A stretch of DNA of 35,754 nt from Bradyrhizobiaceae bacterium (GTDB lineage Bacteria; Pseudomonadota; Alphaproteobacteria; Rhizobiales; Xanthobacteraceae): positions 1 to 35,754 of the forward strand of contig JBIQHO010000001.1 in NCBI GenBank assembly GCA_044508545.1, in the 5' to 3' direction. The translations under genes and the position numbers were made by a program. Below are positions 9,840 through 17,174 of this stretch, piece by piece. The stretch's first letter is position 1. Each line of letters opens with the position of its first letter. The notes beneath the pieces are model-generated. The model was not told the DNA's origin. It searched no databases and was given only the letters and a program-made list of their open reading frames with translations.

Positions 9840-11063
9840 CTACTCGTCGTCATCGTCGTGACGGTGCGAACGGCTCGCTCTGCCGCCGAGCGATCCCGTC
9901 GCCGCTGGCTCGCGGCTGGCATATGAGCCTCGCCCGGCGCGCGCCGCGATGTCCTCGCCGGAGACCGCCGGCGGCTTGCAGATCGTGCGCCGGCTGGCGC
10001 GGCGCATCAGATCGACATGAATGTGATTGTAGTGATAGACGTTCGCGCCCGGCGCCAGCACCGTGGTGAAGCGCTGGCAGGCCGTTGCTTCTACGTCGCG
10101 CAGGAAACCCTGTTCCTCCGGCAGCCCCTTCCAGCCATGCTGCACGGACACGTATCGCCCGTCCGCCAGCGTGAATCCCGCGATATCGAGCGCATTGCCG
10201 AAGGCGTGCTCGGAGATATGCGCGTGCGGGTTGCCGTTCATGCCGCGGCATGAATACGCGGAGATCTGCTTGATCTCGACGACGCGCGCGCCGAACCAGC
10301 GCATCGCCGCCGGCTGGACCGCATCCGCAAGCCAGCGATCGAGCACTGAAACAATCGGACAGGCAAGCGTCGCGGCCGGCTTCACAACGACAGGTCCGAC
10401 CGCGCTGGTGATCGTTCCGCCCGCAGGTCCAAGGCGCGGCAAAGGCGAAGCCTGTTGTGACACCCCTAATCCAGGCGTCGCGGGGTATGCGGATGATCGC
10501 TCGCCGCCATAGAGCCGGGATTGGGGTTGGGATTGCGAGCCCGGATATGATTGCGCGTAACCATCATCGGATGGATAGGACGATGCGCGATCCGCATCCG
10601 GCGGTCCTTCCGGCGGCAGTTCGATCCCGTCTTCGACGGGACGCACGCCGGGCGCGGTCAGCGAGACCGGGCCGCTCGAGCCGCCGCCATCAGCGGGCTG
10701 ACGAGCGGCGGTCTCGGGATATGACGGCGGCGGAGAGGACGGCTGCGCGATCGGCCAGCGCGGCTGATTGCGACCGATCGAGGCGGGCGGCCGGAGATCC
10801 TCGTCGGCAAAGCCGTAGGCCGGACCTTCCCCCAGCGCCGAGACCTTCAGAGGAAATTCGGCGCCGCAGACGCCGGGACCATTGATCGGGCGGATGCGAA
10901 CGAGGTCGGCGCTTTCCCTGACCTCGCCGGATTTCAGACAAGCGGCTTCAGCCTCGGCCCGCCACGGCTCGCGTTCCGCGGTCTGAAAAAAACCGCGCCC
11001 GCAACCGGCCAGCGACACAAGGACGACGGAGCCGACGAGATACAAGGCAACTCTGCGCGTCAT
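9840..11063 (-). CDS. Extensin-like C-terminal domain lipoprotein
   Basis: Lipobox LAGC, Pro/Ser/Gln-rich linker, SAYSCRGMNG..SEHAFGNALDI..HYNHIHVDL. Confidence 0.9.
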   Translation of the reverse strand: MTRRVALYLVGSVVLVSLAGCGRGFFQTAEREPWRAEAEAACLKSGEVRESADLVRIRPINGPGVCGAEFPLKVSALGEGPAYGFADEDLRPPASIGRNQPRWPIAQPSSPPPSYPETAARQPADGGGSSGPVSLTAPGVRPVEDGIELPPEGPPDADRASSYPSDDGYAQSYPGSQSQPQSRLYGGERSSAYPATPGLGVSQQASPLPRLGPAGGTITSAVGPVVVKPAATLACPIVSVLDRWLADAVQPAAMRWFGARVVEIKQISAYSCRGMNGNPHAHISEHAFGNALDIAGFTLADGRYVSVQHGWKGLPEEQGFLRDVEATACQRFTTVLAPGANVYHYNHIHVDLMRRASRRTICKPPAVSGEDIAARAGRGSYASREPAATGSLGGRASRSHRHDDDDE

Positions 11064-11156
11064 CCGCGCAAGTTCGGCGAATTTATTTAAGGCTTCTTCA
11101 ACGCGTTGCGTTCAGTCATTTTTAACGATGCCGCCGCGGCGCACAATGGAAACCCG

Positions 11157-11182
11157 GGAACGGGTTGCGAGCCTGCCGCGTT
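11157..11182 (+). promoter_or_regulatory. Sigma EcfG-type promoter for the 27-aa ORF
   Basis: GGAAC-N17-CGTT, exact consensus. Confidence 0.7.
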
Positions 11183-11203
11183 GGGTTGCGAGCCTGCCGC
11201 GTT
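11162..11203. repeat. Perfect 21-bp tandem duplication
   Basis: GGGTTGCGAGCCTGCCGCGTT x2. Confidence 0.95.
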
Positions 11204-11227
11204 ACGAGGGACCAAGGGAGTCGCCAT

Positions 11228-11311
11228 ATGACTTTCGCCGGCCGCATCAGCATCGTGACCGCCTATATCGCGCTCGCCTTCGTCGGCGCGATCGTGCTGG
11301 GTGTTTTTTAG
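11228..11311 (+). CDS. Unannotated 27-aa hydrophobic micro-protein MTFAGRISIVTAYIALAFVGAIVLGVF
   Basis: AAGGGAG RBS 7 nt before ATG, mostly G/C-ending codons, single TM helix, EcfG-type promoter. Below the ORF-track cutoff. Confidence 0.72.
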   Translation: MTFAGRISIVTAYIALAFVGAIVLGVF

Positions 11312-11427
11312 AGTTTTCACCGTTTCACGGAAACAAAAACTCCGGATTCTTCATTTGAAGCGTTTCACGCGAACCGGATTTTACCCCCGGGTCACGCCCG
11401 AGGGCGTGCTGCGCTCGAAACACCATA
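11309..11427 (-). repeat. Palindromic MITE-like repeat, family A (long variant, decayed)
   Basis: Reverse complement TTTCGAGCGCAGCACGCCCTCGGGCGTGACCCGGGGGTAAAATCCGGTTCGCGTGAAACGC...GTTTCCGTGAAACGGTGAAAACTCTA. Confidence 0.75.
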
Positions 11428-11453
11428 GCGAGCGGCCGTGCCCTGGTCTCTGA

Positions 11454-11514
11454 TCTTTCGCAAATCTTTCGCAAATTTTCTCTTTCGCAAATTTTCGTCT
11501 TTCCAAAATTTTCG
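11454..11514. repeat. Short direct-repeat array
   Basis: TCTTTCGCAAA at 11454, 11465 and 11481, with variant TCTTTCCAAAA at 11498. The last three are followed by TTTTC or TTTTCG. Confidence 0.85.
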
Positions 11515-11618
11515 CGAACCCCGACATCTTGGATTCACGGCACGGCAGCACGCGCGCGCTGGCCTCCGTCGCCCGCGGCCTGTAGACTCGCTGCGGGGCA
11601 ATTTTCGTCGGGGAGCCA

Positions 11619-13175
11619 ATGCGGCCTGAGTTCAACCTCAAGACCATCCTGTTTGGCACCGGAATCCTTGCGGTGTCCTTCTTCGTCAGCCTCAAGGCCA
11701 TGGACTGGTTGTCGCCGTCCGCAATCAACAAGCCCGTGCTCGCGGCATTGCCGCCGCTGGCCCCCGTCAATCGCGCGTCGAGCATCATCGCCCCGATCAC
11801 GATTCCGCTCGCCGTCATTCGCGACGCCGCCGAGCGCGCCGCGCCGCGCAACTTCGCAGGCAAGGCGGACAACCCGGTCGCGCATATTCTTCAGAACGCG
11901 GACATCGGGTGGACCGCGTCGCGCGGCGCGATCAGCGCCACAGGCGGCGACAACACGCTGTCGCTGACGACGCCGCTAAGCGGCACCCTCAAGGTCAAGG
12001 GATCCCTGTCGGCAGAGGCCGAGGGCGCGATCGGCAACGCGCTTGGAAACCTGCTTGGCGGCAACGTCGCCAAGCAGATCGGACGCGTGAACATCAAGAA
12101 CCTGAACGCCAACGCCGAGATCAAGGGCAGTGTCGTGATGACGTCGCGACCGGTGCTGACCACGAACTGGCGTATCGATCCCGGCATGACCGCACAGGTC
12201 CATCTCGGCGACACCAACCTTTCGGTCGCCGGCGCCCGCGTCAACGTCCCCTCGCAGGTCAAGCCCGTCATCGACCGTGCGGTCAACGAACAGATCGCGA
12301 GCCTGCAACAGCGCATCCGCAACGACCCGGTCCTGGAGCACAGCGCGCGCGTGCAATGGGCACAGATGTGCCGCTCGATCCCATTGCAGGGCGCGGCCGG
12401 ATTGCAGGACCTGTATCTCGAACTGAAGCCGGTGCGCGCCGTCGCGGTTCAGCCGCGCATCGATGCCAGCAACGTTACGTTGACGCTCGGCATCGAGGCC
12501 GAAACGCGGATCACCGGCGCGGCGACGAAACCGGACTGTCCGTTTCCCGCAACGCTCACCATCGTGCCGGCCATGCCCGGCAGGCTGAGCATCGGCGTTC
12601 CGATCGACGTGCCATTCACCGATATCAACAGGATCATCGAGGCCCGGCTGGCCGGCAAGACGTTTCCCGAGGACGGCAGCGGCCCCGTCGGCGTCACCGT
12701 CAGGCGGGCCAGCGTCGCGGCGGCCGGCGACCGGCTCCTGATCTCGCTGCTGATCGACGCGAAGGAAAAGAAAAGCTGGTTTGGTTTCGGCGGCGAGGCC
12801 ACCGTCCATATCTGGGGCAAGCCCGTGCTCGACCAGACCCAACAGATCCTGCGACTGACCGATATCCGGCTTGCGGTCGAATCCGAGGCTGCGTTCGGCC
12901 TGCTCGGCGCCGCCGCGCACGCCGCAATGCCCTATCTGCAACAGGCTCTGGCCGACAAGGCGACAGTCGATCTCAAGCCGTTCGCATCGAGCGCGCGTGA
13001 GAAGATCGCCGCAGTCATGGCGGATTTCCAGAGGAGCCAGGGCGGGGTCCGCGTCAGGGCCGAGATCACCAGCCTGAAACTCGCCGACATCGCCTTTGAT
13101 TCCAGGACGCTGCGTGTCATCGCGGAGGCGGCGGGCGCCGTGAACGTCGAGATCAGGACGCTGCCGGCGCCATAA
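11619..13175 (+). CDS. DUF4403-like envelope protein with N-terminal membrane anchor
   Basis: 518-aa ORF, GGGGAG RBS, N-terminal hydrophobic segment, beta-rich two-lobed pattern. Family assignment is from memory. Confidence 0.8.
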   Translation: MRPEFNLKTILFGTGILAVSFFVSLKAMDWLSPSAINKPVLAALPPLAPVNRASSIIAPITIPLAVIRDAAERAAPRNFAGKADNPVAHILQNADIGWTASRGAISATGGDNTLSLTTPLSGTLKVKGSLSAEAEGAIGNALGNLLGGNVAKQIGRVNIKNLNANAEIKGSVVMTSRPVLTTNWRIDPGMTAQVHLGDTNLSVAGARVNVPSQVKPVIDRAVNEQIASLQQRIRNDPVLEHSARVQWAQMCRSIPLQGAAGLQDLYLELKPVRAVAVQPRIDASNVTLTLGIEAETRITGAATKPDCPFPATLTIVPAMPGRLSIGVPIDVPFTDINRIIEARLAGKTFPEDGSGPVGVTVRRASVAAAGDRLLISLLIDAKEKKSWFGFGGEATVHIWGKPVLDQTQQILRLTDIRLAVESEAAFGLLGAAAHAAMPYLQQALADKATVDLKPFASSAREKIAAVMADFQRSQGGVRVRAEITSLKLADIAFDSRTLRVIAEAAGAVNVEIRTLPAP

Positions 13176-13206
13176 CGTTCGAGTGGTTGGCTCGCGCGCC
13201 CCACGC

Positions 13207-13239
13207 AAAAGCGCGCCCGGCCAAAACCGGGCGCCCTTT
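13207..13239. terminator. Bidirectional intrinsic terminator
   Basis: AAAA-GC-GCGCCCGG-CCAAAA-CCGGGCGC-CC-TTT between convergent genes. Confidence 0.7.
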
Positions 13240-13258
13240 GATTGTTTGGATCCGCCGA

Positions 13259-13765
13259 CTACTCGGAGTACTTGAATTCCGGCATCGACTTCAACTGCTC
13301 CTTGGTCGCGCTGAAGACCACGTGATCGGGGTACCAGGGATTGGACTTCGCTGTCGTCGAAGCCGATGTGGTTGAACCCGTAGTGGTGCCCGTAGTCGTG
13401 CCGCCGGACGTCGACGAGGTCGATGTCGATGGCACCGGCGTATCGACGAACTTCAGCTTGTCGAAGGATACCGCAACCAGGTGCTCGCCGACGCCGAGAA
13501 ACCCGCCGACGCCGATCACCGCGGCGTTGATCTTTCCATTTTTATCCAACAGCATATCGCTGATCGAGCCGAGCTTCTCGTTGGAATCGTTATAGACGTT
13601 AAGGCCGATCATCTTCGACGAGCGCCAGTCACCGTGATAGCCGGACTCTGAGGATGTAGCCGCCGGAGCGTTCATGGTGTTCGTGCTGCCGGGCGTCTGC
13701 GCGACCGCCGCCGTCGCCAGCAGCGCGGATCCGATCAATGCGACGGTGATGTGCTTGGCAATCAT
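13259..13765 (-). CDS. Secreted PRC-barrel domain protein (168 aa)
   Basis: AAGGAGG RBS, signal peptide AVA-Q, WRSSKMIGLNVYN..EKLGSISD..IGVGGFLGVGEHLVAV. Confidence 0.93.
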   Translation of the reverse strand: MIAKHITVALIGSALLATAAVAQTPGSTNTMNAPAATSSESGYHGDWRSSKMIGLNVYNDSNEKLGSISDMLLDKNGKINAAVIGVGGFLGVGEHLVAVSFDKLKFVDTPVPSTSTSSTSGGTTTGTTTGSTTSASTTAKSNPWYPDHVVFSATKEQLKSMPEFKYSE

Positions 13766-13802
13766 CAGTGTACCTCCTTCGGTTTTGAAATTCAGTAGCC
13801 AG

Positions 13803-13855
13803 AACACACAACTTGGGCACTCGTTCCCGGGAACATTTCCGACCGCTCGGGTTCC
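13803..13855 (-). promoter_or_regulatory. EcfG-type promoter(s) for the PRC-barrel gene
   Basis: GGAAC-N16-TGTT (13827-13803) plus a second copy one base shorter (13855-13832). Confidence 0.55.
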
Positions 13856-14049
13856 GTGCGCTGATGAGCGGATCGCGCACGAAAAAACTGACGGTGGGGA
13901 TCGCTCGCGCAGCAAACGAACGGCACGCGAATAAAGTTTAGCTCATGAACGACGCGCGCCCGCGAACGACGACAACAAAGATCGACGCCGCTCCGGACGT
14001 GCTCGGAAGCACGGTGATGCGACGCTATGCCCCGGCGCTGCACCTGCCG

Positions 14050-14250
14050 TCAGGCCGCGATCGCGCTCGGCTCGCCTTTGCTTTCGGCGAAGAACGCGAC
14101 CGCTTCGAACCGGTAGCCGCAGCTCGCGCACTGCCAGAGATACGTGGTTCGGCGCGGTTCGTGTTCAAACCAGACCGGCGCGGCGATCGGGTGGCCGCAT
14201 TGCGCACACGGATTTTGATGAGGCAAATAATCAGATACGGCAGCAGCCAT
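14050..14250 (-). CDS. Small zinc-ribbon-like protein (66 aa)
   Basis: GGGAGA RBS; CAQC...WQCASCGYRF, two CxxC pairs. Confidence 0.78.
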   Translation of the reverse strand: MAAAVSDYLPHQNPCAQCGHPIAAPVWFEHEPRRTTYLWQCASCGYRFEAVAFFAESKGEPSAIAA

Positions 14251-14368
14251 GACGCTTCTCCCATCTGCCTTGCTTTCGCGGACTCTCGCACTGAATAGCC
14301 GCTCTCCGAAATTCGTGAGACATCGCAACACCCTTTTTAACGAACTTCGAAAAAGCAAAGGGGTGCTG

Positions 14369-14464
14369 GAGCATGATGCCGAAAAGTGGAAACCAACTTT
14401 CGGAAAAGATCATGCTCAAAAAAGATAAGCGACGGATATGATTCCGCGCCGTTGAAACAGGCGC
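14369..14464 (+). repeat. Palindromic MITE-like repeat, family B
   Basis: GAGCATGATGCCGAAAAGTGGAAACCAACTTTCGGAAAAGATCATGCTCAAAAAAGATAAGCGACGG..GTTGAAAC matches 5204-5303 reversed. Confidence 0.85.
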
Positions 14465-14585
14465 TGGCAACTTTACAATTCTTCTGGTGCCGATTTGAAT
14501 TTGAATTTTCGAAAACCCGCTGCAAGTGGTGCGGGAATTACAAATCGGCGGTGCCAGTTTGAGCGCTGCGACATCCGCGTCGTAC

Positions 14586-14729
14586 GATCCCAGAGCGGGA
14601 TGAAGAGATCCCAGAGCAGGATGAAGAAAAGTGTGGTGCGGTTTTCCGCCCGCATCCCGCTTCTCAAGATATTGGGAATCGATCACGTTCATGATTTGAA
14701 TCTGCTCGATCCGAAATCGCCATGATCCT
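14586..14729 (+). repeat. Palindromic repeat, family C, with a duplicated 21-bp 5' end
   Basis: GATCCCAGAGC(G/A)GGATGAAGA x2, then GAAAAGTGTGGTGCGGTTTTCCGCCCGCATCCCGCT and a GATCACG...CATGATC second arm. Same two-hairpin layout as families A and B. Confidence 0.7.
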
Positions 14730-14935
14730 GGACTCGGCTCGCGACAAATTTGCGGCGCTCCGCAAAACGCGCCTCACATTGATGCGAAATTGATGGGAGA
14801 GGACATGAAGGAAGGAGATCCGGAGTTCCTTTTCAGACCGGCGATGGAACCCGGCCGGGCTGCGCCCGGGCGCTTTTGCCACAGGAAAGTCGCGATTGTG
14901 GCGATAGGCATAAGGCAGGTTGTGAGGGCTCTCCC

Positions 14936-15409
14936 GTGATTTTGCGTAAATTTATTCCGTTTCTTGTTTTCGTTGTGCTGGCCTTGCCGCAGCCGTCGTC
15001 CGCACAACGCGCGCAATACGAGTCGATGGTGGCGGCGCACGCGCAAACCAACGGCGTTCCCGTCGAGCTGGTCCACCGCGTTATCGTCCGCGAGAGCCGC
15101 TACAATCCGCGCGCCGTCCATCGCGGCAACTACGGCATGATGCAAATCAAGCTCGCGACCGCGCGGGGCCTCGGCTACACCGGCACCGCCGAGGGGCTGC
15201 TCGATCCGGAAACCAATCTTACCTACGCCGTGAAGTATCTTGCCGGCGCCTATCGCGCCGCCCACGGCAACCACGACCGCGCCGTCGCCTATTATGCCGG
15301 CGGCTACTACTACGTGGCAAAGCGGCAGCGGCTGCAGCGTGCTCATCAGGAGACCATGAGCGCCGCCGCGGAATTCCCCGGCGCACCGCTGTCGATCGCG
15401 CCGCGCTGA
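14936..15409 (+). CDS. SLT-domain lytic transglycosylase (small, secreted)
   Basis: GTG 14936, signal peptide, VIVRES catalytic Glu, YGMMQIKLATARGLGY, LLDPETNL. Confidence 0.9.
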   Translation: MILRKFIPFLVFVVLALPQPSSAQRAQYESMVAAHAQTNGVPVELVHRVIVRESRYNPRAVHRGNYGMMQIKLATARGLGYTGTAEGLLDPETNLTYAVKYLAGAYRAAHGNHDRAVAYYAGGYYYVAKRQRLQRAHQETMSAAAEFPGAPLSIAPR

Positions 15410-15432
15410 CGTTCGCGACACGCGGAACTGTT

Positions 15433-16914
15433 TCAATCCAGCGACGGCCTGATCTGGGGAGCGAGGTTGGCGGTCCGCATATGCAGCACGGCGTCGCCGT
15501 CACTGTAAACGCGCCGCCAGCCATCGAGGCGGTCGAGCAGATGGACCGCGGGCGACGAGGGATCGAGCAGCGTCGCGTCGATGCGATAGGTGTCGAGCAG
15601 CGCCAGGAACTTGCCGACGTTCCGAAGCTGGAGGGCATTGACGTGAGCGAGCACAAACCGCTCACCGTAGAGTTCGGTGCGGCCGTCAATGAAGACCGGC
15701 ACATCGGCCGCGATCAACAAACCACCGAAAGAGTACTCGTTGAGAACGCGGCGCGCGCCGTGATCCTTCATCGCCTGAACGGCCCCGGTCAGCGACTTTC
15801 CGCCAGCGGGAACATAGGAACGGCTGGCGGCGAAGGCTGCGGTGAAACCGCCGAGCAGCAACACGACGACAGCGAGCCGCGCCGCCGACAGGGAAATCGC
15901 GCTGTTCTCCGTCCGGCGCAGCGCCGCGAACTGAACAGACAACGGCTCCGCCACCACCAGCGGAAGCAGGAACGCGAAGACCTCGATATTGCGATTGTGC
16001 GCCAGCGCCATTTGCGTCAGGCCGAGCACCAGCAGTATTCGTGGCGGCGTGAGGCGAACGCCGCGAAAGAGCGCAAGGCCGAACAGGCCGAGCAGGCAAA
16101 CCTCAAGCGCACTGACGTGAGAAAAATCCGCCGGCCGCCATTCGACGATCAGCGACAACGCCTTTCCGAGCCCGAGAATATTCCGCGCCGCCAGCAGCGA
16201 ACCCCAGCCATAGGGCGTGACGCAGCTCGCGACGAGCGCCGCTACCCCGAACAGCGCCCAGCCAAGCGCCACGCGCTTGCGCTGCGCAGCCTCCGCATTC
16301 CACAAGGCATCGAGCGCAAAGGCGCCGATCAGCGCCAGGCCGAACACGAAGCCGCCATGAAGGTTGGCCCACGCGATCATCAGCGGCAACAGCCACGGCG
16401 ACGGCGCCTTGCCGCGCCCGCTGGCCGAGACCAGTCCGCTCGCCCATGCAATCATCACCGGCATCGCCAGCACGTGCGGGCGCGCCAGAAGGTGCGGTGC
16501 CGCCAGAGCGAAAACCGCGCAGATCACCACGCCAACCTGTAGCGGCGGCAGGAAACGGCAGAGAACGTGCGTAAGCAGCGCAAGAGCCGCGGCCGCCGCA
16601 AGGGCCGACAGAACCACGACGCCGGTCCAGCCGCCGACATCGAATGCCTGCGCGAACAATACCTGCGCCAGCCACGACGTCGATATCCACGGTTCTCCCG
16701 CGCGCGTGAAGGAATAGATGTCGGTGAAAGGCACCGCGTGGTGCGCCGCGATCCATTGCCCGACCTTGATCTGCCAGAGCGTGTCGGCGTCCCTGAGCAG
16801 GCCGTCGCCGCGGATCAGCAGCAGCAGATAGATGCCCGCTCCGACCAACAGCCAGGCTGGAGCGACGGCAGTGCGGCTACGCGTCTCGGCCCGCCCTGTG
16901 TACGCGATGCTCAT
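15433..16914 (-). CDS. Polytopic membrane protein, putative GT-C-fold glycosyltransferase
   Basis: More than 10 hydrophobic segments; DADTLWQIKVGQWI, ARPH, WANLHGGF, EWRP, FIDGRTELYG. Function is inferred. Confidence 0.8.
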   Translation of the reverse strand: MSIAYTGRAETRSRTAVAPAWLLVGAGIYLLLLIRGDGLLRDADTLWQIKVGQWIAAHHAVPFTDIYSFTRAGEPWISTSWLAQVLFAQAFDVGGWTGVVVLSALAAAAALALLTHVLCRFLPPLQVGVVICAVFALAAPHLLARPHVLAMPVMIAWASGLVSASGRGKAPSPWLLPLMIAWANLHGGFVFGLALIGAFALDALWNAEAAQRKRVALGWALFGVAALVASCVTPYGWGSLLAARNILGLGKALSLIVEWRPADFSHVSALEVCLLGLFGLALFRGVRLTPPRILLVLGLTQMALAHNRNIEVFAFLLPLVVAEPLSVQFAALRRTENSAISLSAARLAVVVLLLGGFTAAFAASRSYVPAGGKSLTGAVQAMKDHGARRVLNEYSFGGLLIAADVPVFIDGRTELYGERFVLAHVNALQLRNVGKFLALLDTYRIDATLLDPSSPAVHLLDRLDGWRRVYSDGDAVLHMRTANLAPQIRPSLD

Positions 16915-16998
16915 CCGAAACATCCGATCGATGAAACCTGCGGCGCGACCGCCGGCGTTCGATTATTCGCGGCAAAGCATAATTTCGGGTAAAATGCC

Positions 16999-17025
16999 GG
17001 AACCGCATGGGAGACCACGCGTTCC
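16999..17025. promoter_or_regulatory. Overlapping divergent EcfG-type promoters
   Basis: Plus strand GGAAC-N16-CGTT (16999-17023); minus strand GGAAC-N16-GGTT (17025-17001). Confidence 0.6.
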
Positions 17026-17029
17026 CGCG

Positions 17030-17057
17030 TTGACACTTTCGCCTATCCGCCTAAATT
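17030..17057 (+). promoter_or_regulatory. Sigma70-type promoter of the thi operon
   Basis: TTGACA-N16-TAAATT, ending just before the riboswitch P1. Confidence 0.7.
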
Positions 17058-17061
17058 AAAG

Positions 17062-17172
17062 CTGTTCCGAGGGGTGCTCCGTCAGGGAGCTGAGATACCG
17101 CACCGATCGCGATGGAGGCGACAGCGCGGTGACCCTTTGAACCTGATCCGGGTCATGCCGGCGAAGGGACAG
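17062..17172 (+). promoter_or_regulatory. TPP riboswitch (THI element)
   Basis: GGGGTG..GCTGAGA..ACCCTTTGAACCTGATCCGGGTCATGCCGGCGAAGGGA, P1 CTGTTCC/GGGACAG, upstream of thiamine genes. Confidence 0.98.
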
Positions 17173-17174
17173 GG

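Noticed and set aside
11162-11514. CRISPR-like array
   Set aside because: Repeats are directly adjacent or only 5-6 nt apart, with no unique spacers and no cas genes
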